Positions 1 to 10,936 of a DNA stretch of 64,000 nucleotides are shown here, one piece after another. The position numbers and the translations under genes are program-made. Where the stretch lies: contig CAVQBA010000004.1 of assembly GCA_963710605.1 (NCBI GenBank), forward strand, positions 704,001 through 768,000, in the 5' to 3' direction. This stretch comes from an uncultured cyanobacterium (GTDB lineage: Bacteria > Cyanobacteriota > Cyanobacteriia > Cyanobacteriales > Cyanobacteriaceae). The notes under the pieces were generated by a model. The model was not told the origin of the DNA. It was given only the letters and a program-made list of their open reading frames with translations, and searched no databases. The stretch's first letter is position 1; the number at the start of each line of letters is the position of its first letter.

Positions 1-384
1 TAGCAATTAATAATTAAGAGTTGAAACAGGGACGATCGTCAAGAATAAAGGCAGTCTGACAAAGATTAACTCCATTATCTTAAGTTAAAAAATATCATCC
101 GTCATCGCTGATTTTTTTTAGGTGTTACAAAACAACTTAATCATAGTTTTATTCAAAATATACCCTGAGGTTAATTCAAATTTAAATTTATTGTCGTATG
201 ATAAACATCAGTTAGAATCAATATAATTGATGAAGACAGATAAGGTTTAGTTTATATGTACTTAAAAAAAATAAGTAGTAAAAATGTTATCTGGAAACAA
301 AAATTAATAGTTAGACTTCGTATAATTTTGATATTAGTTTAATATTTCTAATTTATTAACCAACAAAAAAAGAGGAAAGCAATC

Positions 385-711
385 ATGTTAGGACAACAAA
401 TATTCACACCACAAGCAAAAATTGATTACAGTAACCAAACTGAGCATGAGCAAAAACTAACCATGTTTATCAATGGTAGTCTTCAGCAAGATATTTTAAT
501 TGATTTCAAGACGGTAGAATTTGTTGACAGTCATGGTTTAATGGCATTAGTAAATGCTTATAGACACGCCAAAAAAGCCGAAAAGAATTTTTATCTGCTG
601 AATGTATCTCCTGCAGTGAGAATTATATTAGAGATTAGCCGTTTGGATCAATTTTTAGCAATTAAAGAATCCAATTTTGTTTCTTATTCTACTCAGAAAT
701 TAGCGGCTTAA
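385..711 (+). CDS. STAS-domain anti-sigma-factor antagonist
   Basis: 108 aa; ILIDFKTVEFVDSHGLMALV and LLNVSPAVRIILEISRLDQF are typical STAS motifs; GAGG RBS upstream. Confidence 0.88.
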   Translation: MLGQQIFTPQAKIDYSNQTEHEQKLTMFINGSLQQDILIDFKTVEFVDSHGLMALVNAYRHAKKAEKNFYLLNVSPAVRIILEISRLDQFLAIKESNFVSYSTQKLAA

Positions 712-950
712 AAAAACCCAGCACCTAATTATGAAGGATAATAAACTGTTTAATTTTGCTATTAAGGGTTGAAATAGACAAAAAAAAACTGATCGATATA
801 ATAAACGATTTTAGTTTTTTTAATTTAATTGTTCTTTTCAACCCCTCTACAAAAGAATTAAGGGAAAAATGAGGAGATTGATTACTCTACATTGATCAAA
901 TTTCCATTCACCTTACACTATTTAATTACTACTCTCAAATAAGATTGAAT

Positions 951-2251
951 CTAAATTTGATTGAGTACTTCTTTAGCTACTGCTAAGGTTTGTTTAATAT
1001 CTTCATCAGTATGAGCGATCGAAGTAAAACCTGCTTCATATTGAGAAGGAGCAAGATAAACACCTCTTTCTAACATTCCTCGATGAAAACGAGCAAACTT
1101 AGCTGTATCAGCTTTTTTCGCATCATCATAGTTATGTACTTCTTCTCCTGTAAAGAACATACCAAACATACCACTGATGTTACCACCAGAGACTTGATGT
1201 CCTGCTTGACGAGCAATATCTAGTAAACCTGTAATTAATTGGTTAGTAATTTGATCTAAATATTCATAAGTACCGGGTTTTTGTAACAACTCTAAGGTTT
1301 TAATCCCTGCTGTCATCGCTAAAGGATTACCTGAGAGAGTACCAGCTTGGTACATAGGACCTGCTGGGGCAACTAAAGACATAATTTCTTTCCTACCACC
1401 ATAAGCACCAACGGGTAAACCGCCACCGATGACTTTACCTAAAGTAGTCAAATCTGGGGTAATGCCAAATTTTTCTTGCGCACCACCATAGGAGATACGA
1501 AAACCAGTCATTACTTCATCAAAAACGAGTAAAGCGTCATTTTCTTCGGTAATAAGTCTTAAACCTTCTAAAAAGCCAGCATCAGGAGTAACAAATCCTG
1601 CATTACCAACCACAGGCTCTAAAATCACACCTGCAATTTCGCCTTCATTTTCAGCAAATAATTTTTTAACAGCTTCTAAGTCATTATAAGGAGCATTTAA
1701 TGTATCGGCGGTTACTGATTTAGGTACTCCAGGAGAATCAGGTAAACCTAAAGTGGCAACACCTGAGCCTGCTTTAACCAAAAACATATCACCATGTCCG
1801 TGGTAGCAACCTTCAAATTTAATAATTTTATTTCTTTTGGTATAAGCACGCATTAAGCGTAAAACAGAAAGACAAGCTTCAGTACCAGAATTAACAAAAC
1901 GTACCATTTCTACGCTAGGTACAGCATCTATTACCATTTCGGCTAAGACATTTTCTAAATAACAAGGTGCACCAAAACTAGTCCCTTTATCTAGTGCTTC
2001 TTTTAAAGCATTAATTACTTCTGGGTTGGCGTGTCCGCAAATAGCCGGCCCCATGTACCGACGTAATCGATGTATTTGTTACCATCTACATCCCAAATAT
2101 TGGCACCCTTAACTCGATCGAAAACGATCGGTTGTCCACCTACAGATTTGAAAGCCCGAACAGGTGAACTTACTCCACCGGGCATTAGTTTTTGGGCGGC
2201 AGAAAAAATTTCATCTGATTTTGTAGTTAAAAATGATGCAGTACTAACCAA
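951..2251 (-). CDS. hemL: glutamate-1-semialdehyde 2,1-aminomutase, split by a 1-nt frameshift near 2049-2052 (probable assembly indel)
   Basis: ORF 2015..2251 gives [20 protein letters not shown]...[11 protein letters not shown] 951..2054 continues GPAICGHA...[18 protein letters not shown]; one extra G in the minus-strand G4 run restores WGPAI. Confidence 0.95.
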
Positions 2252-2577
2252 AATTATCTCCTTCTTTAATTATTGATTGTGGTAATTTATTTATTTATAT
2301 TCAATATATTTTACTTAAATCTCGTAAACTATTGACTCCTTGTACTTTTATTAATAATAACGAATATTTATCCAATAACTAACGTTGTGTTAAGCATTGA
2401 AAATTTTTTGTTACTTTAGCCCAATTTATCGATATTTTTGTTAATTAATTCTTTAATTGCTTTGTAAATACTCAAATAAACAATAGTAAATACAGTAAAG
2501 AGGTATTTTTAATTCTTGATTGGTAATTTACCTTTGATAGTATATTATTCAATACTCGCTATACTTATCGTCAATTA

Positions 2578-3579
2578 TTGTCTAAGGGAAAGATTCAGAT
2601 GTTTTATATCGTGAAACGTTTACTTCAAGGGTTATTAACTTTGTTGTTGGCTTCTATGTTAAGTTTTGCCATTATTCAATTAGCCCCAGGTGATTATCTA
2701 GATGCACTCAGACAAAACCCAACAATTTCGATTGAAACGATCGAACAACTGAAAATTCGTTTTGGTTTAGATAAACCTGCTTTAGTGCAATATTGGTTAT
2801 GGCTAAGACAAGTTGTTACTCGTTTTGACTTTGGTGAAAGTTTTGTTTATTCTCGATCGGTTTCGAGTTTAATTTTAGAACGAATACCAGCTACTTTACT
2901 TTTAGCTTTTGCTTCTATTATACTCACTTGGACGATCGCTTTACCTTTAGGTATCATTAGTGCAGTTAAACAAAATACTAATACCGATCGAGCTTTAAGA
3001 GTTTTTAGTTATTTCGGGCAAGGATTTCCCAGTTTTATTACGGCTTTAATTTTTTTGATTATTGCTCAATATCTATCACCTATTTTTCCTGTCGGCGGGA
3101 TGACGAGTATCGATCATGAGCAACTATCTTTTGTCGGTAAAATATTTGATATCGGTTGGCATATGATTTTACCCACAATCGCTTTAAGTATTACTAGCTT
3201 TGCCGGATTACAACGACTAACTAGAGGACAACTATTAGACGTTTTAAAACAAGATTATATTCAAACAGCAAGGGCGAAAGGATTACCCGAAAATAAGGTT
3301 ATTTATGTTCACGCTTTACGTAATGCCATTAATCCTTTGGTGACGTTAATTGGTTTTGAATTTGCTAGTTTATTAAGTGGTTCGTTTATTGCGGAATATT
3401 TTTTTAATTGGCCGGGTTTAGGTAGATTAATTTTACAAGCTGTTCAAGCACAAGATTTGTATTTAGTAATGGCTAGTTTGATGATGGGGGCAACTATGTT
3501 AATTATTGGTAATTTATTTGCTGATATTTTACTAACTTTTATCGATCCTCGCATACAATTAGACAATATAGACAGTTAG
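2578..3579 (+). CDS. peptide/nickel ABC transporter permease (DppB/OppB family)
   Basis: YIQTARAKGLPENKVIYVHALRNA EAA-loop, FNWPGLGRL; likely start is the ATG of MFYIVKRLL. Confidence 0.92.
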   Translation: MSKGKIQMFYIVKRLLQGLLTLLLASMLSFAIIQLAPGDYLDALRQNPTISIETIEQLKIRFGLDKPALVQYWLWLRQVVTRFDFGESFVYSRSVSSLILERIPATLLLAFASIILTWTIALPLGIISAVKQNTNTDRALRVFSYFGQGFPSFITALIFLIIAQYLSPIFPVGGMTSIDHEQLSFVGKIFDIGWHMILPTIALSITSFAGLQRLTRGQLLDVLKQDYIQTARAKGLPENKVIYVHALRNAINPLVTLIGFEFASLLSGSFIAEYFFNWPGLGRLILQAVQAQDLYLVMASLMMGATMLIIGNLFADILLTFIDPRIQLDNIDS

Positions 3580-3709
3580 GATAATTGAGAAAATTGCAGG
3601 CTTCATGCTCTTGCATTTTTGATTCAATCGTTATTTAATTGAGCGAAAAACAAAGTAAACTGCATAATTAATATTACTTAGCTACTTATCGAAGATAAAC
3701 TATAATTTT

Positions 3710-3904
3710 TTAGTTGTATGTTTTTATTGTTAGATAACCTAAAAAGCTAAAGACAAAGAGAACGATCGTAATTAAAAAAATCCATCCAGGTAAAAAACTA
3801 ACTAAACCAAAACCTCTAACTAGATACAATAGAATACTTAGAGGAAAAGATATTTTTAAGACGATTTCTAACCATCTATTCCATTTTCTTCGGTTATTTC
3901 TCAT
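3710..3904 (-). CDS. small hypothetical membrane protein
   Basis: 64 aa, basic N-terminus and two hydrophobic segments (YLVRGFGLVSFLPG). Confidence 0.6.
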   Translation of the reverse strand: MRNNRRKWNRWLEIVLKISFPLSILLYLVRGFGLVSFLPGWIFLITIVLFVFSFLGYLTIKTYN

Positions 3905-3953
3905 ACTTTTAAAGATTAATTATGTTTACAGTTGTTTCTCATCAAAATAAGGC

Positions 3954-4082
3954 TATAGCAATTTTACTATTTGAGTTATGTAATTTTTTAGCGGCGAGAA
4001 TTGAGAATTAAGAATTAGTAATCTATCTAAGATTTTTGCCAATTATTTGATACACCACAAACTATTTAGTAGGATTGCTATA
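3954..4082. mobile_element. MITE-like element with imperfect terminal inverted repeats
   Basis: left TATAGCAATTTTACTATTTGAGTT vs reverse complement of right end TATAGCAATCCTACTAAATAGTT; TA at both ends; non-coding. Confidence 0.65.
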
Positions 4083-4172
4083 TTAGTTATCTTTGATTTT
4101 AAAAACACAAAGAAAAAGCTGTATTTTATCACAATGATAATTAAATAATTCAATCACTAACTAATTTTTGAA

Positions 4173-4847
4173 TCATCGAGATAATCGATCGCTTTTAGAA
4201 AGAACAAATAAACTACCATCACCACCACGACCAATACGCATAGTCTCATCAATATAAGTAATAGTTAAGCTAGGTATTCTCCCTTCAGAAGCTTTAGCAT
4301 CAAAAACCTTAACTGGATCTAATATAGGTGTTTTAATACCTAATAGTTTTTCGATCGAAACATATCTTTTCTCAAAAAATACATTAATAGTACGATCGGG
4401 TAAAGATTGTTTTTCATCTGTTTTTGGGGCAAAGGTTGCCGTTACTTTCACGTATCCTTGAAGTAAGTTAGATGGATGTTTGACAAAAGCAATATTGTAA
4501 AACGAAGCGTCTTGGGTATTGATAATTTGGTAAACAGTCTGCAGTTGAAAATTAAATGGTAATTTATTTAGAGAACGAATTTCACGGGCTGTAGAATAAT
4601 GTAACTGCCAAATCCCGTCAAGTAAATTAGCACCATAAAATAAAGGTTTAGGAAATGGATTCTGAGCTTCTAAATTACTAGATAACTGTTCAATGATATC
4701 TGCTTGTGAAGATGAAAGTAAAACATCGGTGATGGGATAATCAGGGTTATATCCTTTATTTTTAGCATTCAGTGCGATCGTGGATAGCAATTTCTCTTTA
4801 TTAATTAAACGACTATTCAAAACTACCTTTACCTCATAATTGATCAC
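4173..4847 (-). CDS. PAP/fibrillin family protein
   Basis: LEAQNPFPKP, LLDGIWQLHYST, ITYIDETMRIGRGGDGSLFVL. Confidence 0.9.
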   Translation of the reverse strand: MINYEVKVVLNSRLINKEKLLSTIALNAKNKGYNPDYPITDVLLSSSQADIIEQLSSNLEAQNPFPKPLFYGANLLDGIWQLHYSTAREIRSLNKLPFNFQLQTVYQIINTQDASFYNIAFVKHPSNLLQGYVKVTATFAPKTDEKQSLPDRTINVFFEKRYVSIEKLLGIKTPILDPVKVFDAKASEGRIPSLTITYIDETMRIGRGGDGSLFVLSKSDRLSR

Positions 4848-4982
4848 ACATCTTATATCATAATTCTAATTGAGAACTTAGAGCAATGGAGAATAAGTAT
4901 CATAACTCAATCTTAGAAATTGTAATGTAGAAACATTACTCACAGATAAAAAATGTCCATGCCTAATCTCAATTATTTTAAA

Positions 4983-5798
4983 TTATGATTGAGTATTTTC
5001 TAAACTCAAAAAGTTTTTTAATGCCATAATCATTGAAGGTGGCCAATGACGAACATTTGTTAACCAATCAATATCTTTATAACGACTATCAATTCCTACT
5101 GTTGCCACCCAATTACTTTCAGCTTCGCCTTGATTTCCTTTCTCCCACAATACAGCAGTTAAGGCCGCTCGCATATCAGGAAACATCGGATATTTACGGA
5201 CAATATTTCTCATCTGTTTAATTGCTTTATCTGTTTCACCTAATTCATACAAAGCTAAAGACTCATTCGCTCTAGCGAAAGCAAAATTAGAGGCAATTTG
5301 TGAGGCTTGATGATAATATTCAACTGCTTTATCCCATTGTTTCATCCCGGCGTAAGCATTACCGATGTTGTTATAAGCCATTGCATCACCTGCATCTAAC
5401 TCAAGTACTTTCTCGTAATCTGCGATCGCTGATTCATATTTACCCAAACCTTCATAGGCAACACCACGATTAAGATAAGGATCAGCAACATCTGGTGCAA
5501 GTTCTACTGATTTGTTATAATCACTTAGAGCTTCTGCTAATTTATTTTGACTGACTCTGGCATTACCACGATTACTCCATACTGCTGGATTAGAGGGAAA
5601 AGTTTCAATTAGTTCTGTCCAATAACCTTCTGCTGTAGGAAAATCACCTTTATTTGTGGCTTCGATCGCCGAACGGGCAATATCTTCTCCATGTTGAATT
5701 TGAGCTTCTGTGAGCGAGCTAACGCCCATATCTTCAGCTTTTACAGGATTTACCAATAAAAAAAAGCCGATCACTAAGCTGATTAATAGTTTCCACAT
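4983..5798 (-). CDS. exported tetratricopeptide-repeat protein
   Basis: signal peptide then TPRs (AVWSNRGNAR, PYLNRGVAYEGLG, AYNNIGNAY). Confidence 0.9.
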   Translation of the reverse strand: MWKLLISLVIGFFLLVNPVKAEDMGVSSLTEAQIQHGEDIARSAIEATNKGDFPTAEGYWTELIETFPSNPAVWSNRGNARVSQNKLAEALSDYNKSVELAPDVADPYLNRGVAYEGLGKYESAIADYEKVLELDAGDAMAYNNIGNAYAGMKQWDKAVEYYHQASQIASNFAFARANESLALYELGETDKAIKQMRNIVRKYPMFPDMRAALTAVLWEKGNQGEAESNWVATVGIDSRYKDIDWLTNVRHWPPSMIMALKNFLSLENTQS

Positions 5799-5845
5799 AT
5801 AAATTAAGATAACAATAATAAACGGGCTTGTAATCTATCTTAACA

Positions 5846-5984
5846 TTGAACCTCCCGTCGCTTTCGCCAGCGAGGGATTCTAGTTTCATCAACTCTTAAC
5901 TATACTTTAGATAAATCTAAAATACCCGTTAGAACGTCTCAACTAGCATTTTCTAACAAGCTAGATTTATGACTTAGATATCAC
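5846..5984 (-). mobile_element. IS200/IS605-family right-end (omegaRNA-like) remnant without tnpA/tnpB
   Basis: minus strand ends AGAATCCCTCGCTGGCGAAAGCGACGGGAGGTTCAA (subterminal hairpin plus TTCAA), the layout of ISDra2-type right ends; preceded by TTGAT at 5985-5989. Confidence 0.65.
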
Positions 5985-5989
5985 ATCAA

Positions 5990-7876
5990 TCACATTTTCA
6001 GTATTTTCATTAAATAACTAATATTTAGCGGTTTATTGAGATGATGATCAAATCCTGCTTCTAAACTTCTTTGACGGTCTTGTTCTGAAGCATAACCAGA
6101 AAGTGCGATCGCTTTTAGCTTTTTGTCTGAGTTAAACTGTTGTCGTCTAATTTTACTAATTAATTCATAACCATTCATCAGAGGCATTCCGATATCACTA
6201 ATCAAAATATTCGGTTCAAAACGATCGATTTGCGATAAAGCCTCTACAGCAGATGAAACCGCATTAACTTCAGCACCTTCAGCTTCTAATAGAAAACAAA
6301 TTAAATGTCTTGAGTCATTATTATCATCAACAACTAACACTTTGTTGCCTGAAAGATTATTAATCTGTTGTAAACTTTGCTCTTGAGCATTTTTTGCAGT
6401 GTCAGCAAATATCGGTAAAAAAATAGTAAACGTTGCCCCCTTACCTAAACCCTGACTAGTCGCCGTGATATCACCTTCATGTAGTTTTATCAGACGACGA
6501 ACGATCGCTAAACCTAATCCTAACCCACCTTCGCTTCTAGTTTTAGTCGTTTCTGCTTGACGGAAATAATCAAAAACATAAGGTAAAAATTCTGAAGTAA
6601 TTCCCTTTCCTGAATCGATTACTTGAATCTGGGCATAATTCGTCAGTTTGTCTTTTTTAGAATCAAGCTTAACCTCAACTATTCCTCCCTCAGGAGTAAA
6701 CTTGATCGCATTAGTTAGTAAATTCCAAACTACTTGTTGTATTCTAGTTGGGTCACCTTTTACTAAACCGATTTGGGCTAAATTAGTTTTGATCTGGATT
6801 GATTTATCTTGAGCGATTAGATTAACAGTTTCTAAAGCATTGTTGATGATATTAACTAAATTTACCGAACATATTTGTAATTTTAATTTACCTTGAATAA
6901 TACGAGAAATGTCTAAAATGTCACCAATTAATTGAGATTGCAACATAGCGTTGCGATAAATAATTTCTGCTCCTTGTTTTAGTTGAACTTCTGGCAGACT
7001 GCCTTTAATTAGTAATTGAGCCCAACCAACGATCGGGTTTAAAGGCGTTCTTAATTCATGAGATAAAATAGCTAAAAATTCATCTTTGGCACGATTTGCC
7101 GCTTGTGCTTCGTCTAATAACTTAACTCTTTCTTCTTCAGCTTGTTTTAATTGAGTAATATCTCGTAGCGATACCACGTAAGCTTTGATACCCTGCCATT
7201 GAATTTGACTAACTCGCATTTGAGCTACTAGTGTTTTATCTTTACCAACTGGTATATCAACTTCTAAATAGTCGCCATTGACTACAGGAAAACCTAATGC
7301 TTCACCCATCAACTCGTCACTAAATGATTTGTTTAGTAATTTTAAAGCGGCGGCATTAACGAACTTAACTATACCACGCTCATCTACAACTATAATACCG
7401 TCAGGATTTTCTAGAATTAATTTTTGTAATTGTCGATCGCTTTTAGCTTCGCATAAAGATTGAAAATAAAAATAATCTGGTTGTGATAAAGTTTTGATAA
7501 TTATTTGAGGTAGATGTGATAAAGTTTCTGAGGTGAGATAATCTACTGCCCCAGTTTTAATCGCCGCTACAGCAGTAGGAATATGGGATTTACCATTAAC
7601 TACTAGTACGGGAATTTGGAGATTATTTTGCCAAAAAAAAGTAATCGTTTTTTCTAAACTAATTCCTTTGAAATTAGCATCATAAAGAACTAAATCAATA
7701 GAAACTAGAATATCTTGATCGATGGTTAAATTAGTTGCTTGTCGTAAATTAAATTGTAAATAATCGGCTTGTTTTAAAACACAAATAATCGTGTTAAGCG
7801 AAAACGTATCAGCCAAAACAAGTATTTCGATCGTTTCGGGCATATCTTCTGTAGGGTGAAATAGCCTTGTCGTCAT
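5990..7876 (-). CDS. hybrid sensor histidine kinase (REC-PAS-HisKA-HATPase-REC)
   Basis: FLAILSHELRTPL H-box, NLLTNAIKFT N-box, DSGKGI, GLGLGL; C-terminal VLVVDDN...SDIGMP receiver. Confidence 0.95.
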   Translation of the reverse strand: MTTRLFHPTEDMPETIEILVLADTFSLNTIICVLKQADYLQFNLRQATNLTIDQDILVSIDLVLYDANFKGISLEKTITFFWQNNLQIPVLVVNGKSHIPTAVAAIKTGAVDYLTSETLSHLPQIIIKTLSQPDYFYFQSLCEAKSDRQLQKLILENPDGIIVVDERGIVKFVNAAALKLLNKSFSDELMGEALGFPVVNGDYLEVDIPVGKDKTLVAQMRVSQIQWQGIKAYVVSLRDITQLKQAEEERVKLLDEAQAANRAKDEFLAILSHELRTPLNPIVGWAQLLIKGSLPEVQLKQGAEIIYRNAMLQSQLIGDILDISRIIQGKLKLQICSVNLVNIINNALETVNLIAQDKSIQIKTNLAQIGLVKGDPTRIQQVVWNLLTNAIKFTPEGGIVEVKLDSKKDKLTNYAQIQVIDSGKGITSEFLPYVFDYFRQAETTKTRSEGGLGLGLAIVRRLIKLHEGDITATSQGLGKGATFTIFLPIFADTAKNAQEQSLQQINNLSGNKVLVVDDNNDSRHLICFLLEAEGAEVNAVSSAVEALSQIDRFEPNILISDIGMPLMNGYELISKIRRQQFNSDKKLKAIALSGYASEQDRQRSLEAGFDHHLNKPLNISYLMKILKM

Positions 7877-8416
7877 TGATTAGTTTTATTGTTTCTAGTC
7901 TTTACTTTTTTTTTCATTTTAATAAATATTTGGTCTTAATAACCTATTTGAGATAGTGTTAATCACAACCAATACAAGCTAAAAGGCTTTTAAAATATTA
8001 AATTAGCTTTGATGTTGGTATCCGTTAAATTTTTTTTGATCTCATAAATAAGTTAAAAATCTACTGATTCTAGCTTATTACCAAAAATTTTCTTTCTTAC
8101 TTTAAGTACATTTGTTCATAGTTTACTAATCTTTTATTTGAAAGCAAAATAAATATCTCCAATTATAAAATTAAAGTAGTTGCTTTATCTATACTTATTG
8201 TACTAGTTAGAAATATAATCGGCTTTAGTCTGTTACTAATTACTTAATCTAATTGTGCCATTGTTCGTAACTGAATTCTCAATTACGACAAACATAGCGA
8301 GAAATAACAGCCGTTACTTGTTGATTTAATTTATCGAGTTTTTGAGTATTAGTTTGTAGTAGATTCACGATCGATATTTAAAAAGGTAAAGTAAAAAAAG
8401 AGAAAATTACGCATTA

Positions 8417-8740
8417 ATGAAAAATAAAAATCTTGGCTTTAACGATCGATGCTACCAACTTTTGCAACAAATACCTACGGGTAAAGTTACCACTTACAAA
8501 GAAATTGCTCAAGCTTTAAACACCAAAGCATATCGAGCGGTAGGAAATGCAATGGCTAAAAACACCCAACTAATTGTAATTCCTTGTCGTCATTGAGTAG
8601 TTAAAAGTAATGGAGAGATTGGTAATTATCGATATTTAAAAAACCAGAAGCGAAATCTACTTGAAAAAGAGGGTGTAGTTATTAAAAACAATAAAGTTGA
8701 GAATTTGAGTACGATAATTTATCAATTTTTTGATGACTAA
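8417..8740 (+). pseudogene. MGMT/Ogt-type DNA alkyltransferase C-terminal-domain gene with in-frame TGA
   Basis: own translation: ...QQIPTGKVTTYKEIAQALNTKAYRAVGNAMAKN...IVIPCRH*VVKSNGEIGNY...KRNLLEKEGV; TGA at 8594-8596 disrupts the PCHRVV motif. Confidence 0.85.
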
Positions 8741-8903
8741 TTGCCAATATGTTTTTGGTGACAAATAGTTTTTTCATTACTCGCTCAATAAAATAAATTA
8801 TTATTTAGGAAAATGATTAATTGTCCACAATAGAGATTATCCAGAGATAGAATCTCCTTTATACTAAAAATTAAGCGAAAAAAAATAACTAGAAACAAAA
8901 ATA

Positions 8904-9320
8904 ATGGCAGAAGAAACTAAAAAACCACCAGCAAAGAAAGCTAAACCACCCAAACTAGAGGATAAACCTTTTTTGGAGTATATGAATGAGCATTATTTAC
9001 CTAAATTAAAAGATGCTTTAAATGAGCAAGAATTATCCCAAGTTGATGTTGATTTCAAAAAAGAGAAAATCACAGTAGTGGGTTATGAATCTCTCCCTGA
9101 ATGTTGGCAAATAATTGGTAATCTAGATAATCGGACTTTTTTCCTTTACTTTTTAGACGAAGATATTAGTGGGCAAAAAGCTTTTTCTTGTACGATTAAT
9201 GATGAAAAACCAAGTACTCTAGAATCTTTTATGATTGATGAGCGTAGAGTTAATCTTGATCTTTTAGTCTTATTCTTGTTAAAACGTTTAAACGGTCAAA
9301 AATGGTTGGCTAGAAACTAA
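8904..9320 (+). CDS. ndhV: DUF2996 family protein (NDH-1 accessory subunit NdhV)
   Basis: KKAKPPKLEDKPF N-terminus; STLESFMIDERRVNLDLLV...RLNGQKWL C-terminus. Confidence 0.8.
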   Translation: MAEETKKPPAKKAKPPKLEDKPFLEYMNEHYLPKLKDALNEQELSQVDVDFKKEKITVVGYESLPECWQIIGNLDNRTFFLYFLDEDISGQKAFSCTINDEKPSTLESFMIDERRVNLDLLVLFLLKRLNGQKWLARN

Positions 9321-9490
9321 CGTAACAGAGAATTGAGAATTAAGATGAATTCTTGCACTGTCCGCAATTATTCGGTGAGAATTAATCTTTGCTTACTTTT
9401 TCATTTAAAGTTTAGCTTTTAACTCTTCACTCTTAACTCTCAATTCATTTTACCAGAACTTTGAGTTAGTAATTATTACTCATCCCTAGT

Positions 9491-10936
9491 TTATGCTAAT
9501 TCCAAATTATCTTCTGATGAGCCTTCATGAACTGTTTTAACCCATTTGAGTCTTTTTTGACGGATAGACATTCTTAAGGTAGTTATCGGCATCACAATCA
9601 GCCAATGAGTCATATAAATCATCCCCAACAAACTTTGGCTAAGTAATTTAATTTGTTCAAACCAGCTTAACTGCTTTGAGTTACTACTTCTTTTTAAACC
9701 ACTAAACATTCCCCAAAAACCAACACTAACGGTAATAGTAGTGAGGGGGGCAACTAATGGTAAATCATGTTTAATTATTACCATCAATAAATCGGGTATC
9801 GAGGCGGTAGGTAAGAGATATTGAATGAGAAAGAAATAAAATAAGTCAAATTTTTTCCGCCAATTGAGACTTGTACCCAAAATAAAACGCCAATAGTCTA
9901 GATAACGTTGATAGCCTCCTTCTGCCCAACGACTTCTTTGATGCCATAATGCGATCGCACCTTTGACTCCTTCTTCTTCTACTGCCGGTGCTGGTAAGAT
10001 ACCAATATCCCAATCATCAAGATGTAAACGAATAGTTAAATCCAAATCATCAGTAATTGTTTCTTCATTCCAGCCACCACAACTTTCTAAAGCTTGACGA
10101 CGAACAAATTGCCCATTACCCCTTAATTCACCTATTCCGCCACAACTAATTCTTTGTTGTTGAAAATAGCTATCTAATGCCATTTCTGCTGATTGCCCTT
10201 TCGTCCAAAAATTCTCGTTTTGATTTGAAATTGCTTTTCTAACTTGAATTGCTCCAATATTTTCGGTGGCAAATAAAGGAACAACTTGTAATAATAAGTC
10301 TTGAGAAACGATCGCATCAGCATCAAAAACACCAATCAAGTCACCGTTTGTCAAAGCTAATACTTGATTTAAAGCACCTGACTTTCCTCCACGGGCTTGA
10401 CTATCACGATGTAAAACATTTAGTTGAGGATATTTTTGGGTTAACTTATCCAGAATTTCACCTGTACGATCGTTACTATTATCATTGATTACCCAAAATT
10501 CGTAAAGTTCTTGAGGATAATCTAACTCAGACAACATTGCGACTAATTTACTAATAACGGGTGCTTCATTTTTGGCCGCTACTAATAAAGAAATTTTCGG
10601 TAAAGTATTAATCTTATTTGGCTTAACTTCAACAGAGGAAGAAATGGTTAATGGAGAAGAAAAAAGTAACCGCAATGCTTGAACGAGAATAAAGATAGCC
10701 AATAACATAACAACCAACCAACCCATAGGAATTAGGTGCAAAGTAATTGTAATCAGCCAAATTAAACTTAAAGCCAAAGCGGCTTTTTTTCTTCTTCCTT
10801 CAAAACCGAGGAAAAAATCATTTTTAAATTCTTCTTCTTCTAATTCTGGATTGGAAAATTCATCAATAATTGAAGTAATTAAATCTGATTTGGGCTTATT
10901 ATGGTAACTATCTGGATTGTTTTTTGGCATTCTCAA
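9491..10936 (-). CDS. mgdA: GT2 glycosyltransferase, monoglucosyldiacylglycerol synthase-like
   Basis: GRRKKAAL, GGKSGALN, VFDADA, GELRGNGQFVRR, TDDLDL, QRSRWAEGG (QxxRW). Confidence 0.85.
   Translation of the reverse strand: MRMPKNNPDSYHNKPKSDLITSIIDEFSNPELEEEEFKNDFFLGFEGRRKKAALALSLIWLITITLHLIPMGWLVVMLLAIFILVQALRLLFSSPLTISSSVEVKPNKINTLPKISLLVAAKNEAPVISKLVAMLSELDYPQELYEFWVINDNSNDRTGEILDKLTQKYPQLNVLHRDSQARGGKSGALNQVLALTNGDLIGVFDADAIVSQDLLLQVVPLFATENIGAIQVRKAISNQNENFWTKGQSAEMALDSYFQQQRISCGGIGELRGNGQFVRRQALESCGGWNEETITDDLDLTIRLHLDDWDIGILPAPAVEEEGVKGAIALWHQRSRWAEGGYQRYLDYWRFILGTSLNWRKKFDLFYFFLIQYLLPTASIPDLLMVIIKHDLPLVAPLTTITVSVGFWGMFSGLKRSSNSKQLSWFEQIKLLSQSLLGMIYMTHWLIVMPITTLRMSIRQKRLKWVKTVHEGSSEDNLELA

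Noticed and set aside
2015-2251. Programmed frameshifting in hemL, cobI or aroA
   Set aside because: No slippery heptamer or stimulatory structure seen; the pattern fits assembly indels
8594-8596. In-frame TGA as selenocysteine or read-through
   Set aside because: It replaces the motif Arg, not the catalytic Cys, and no SECIS-like hairpin was seen downstream
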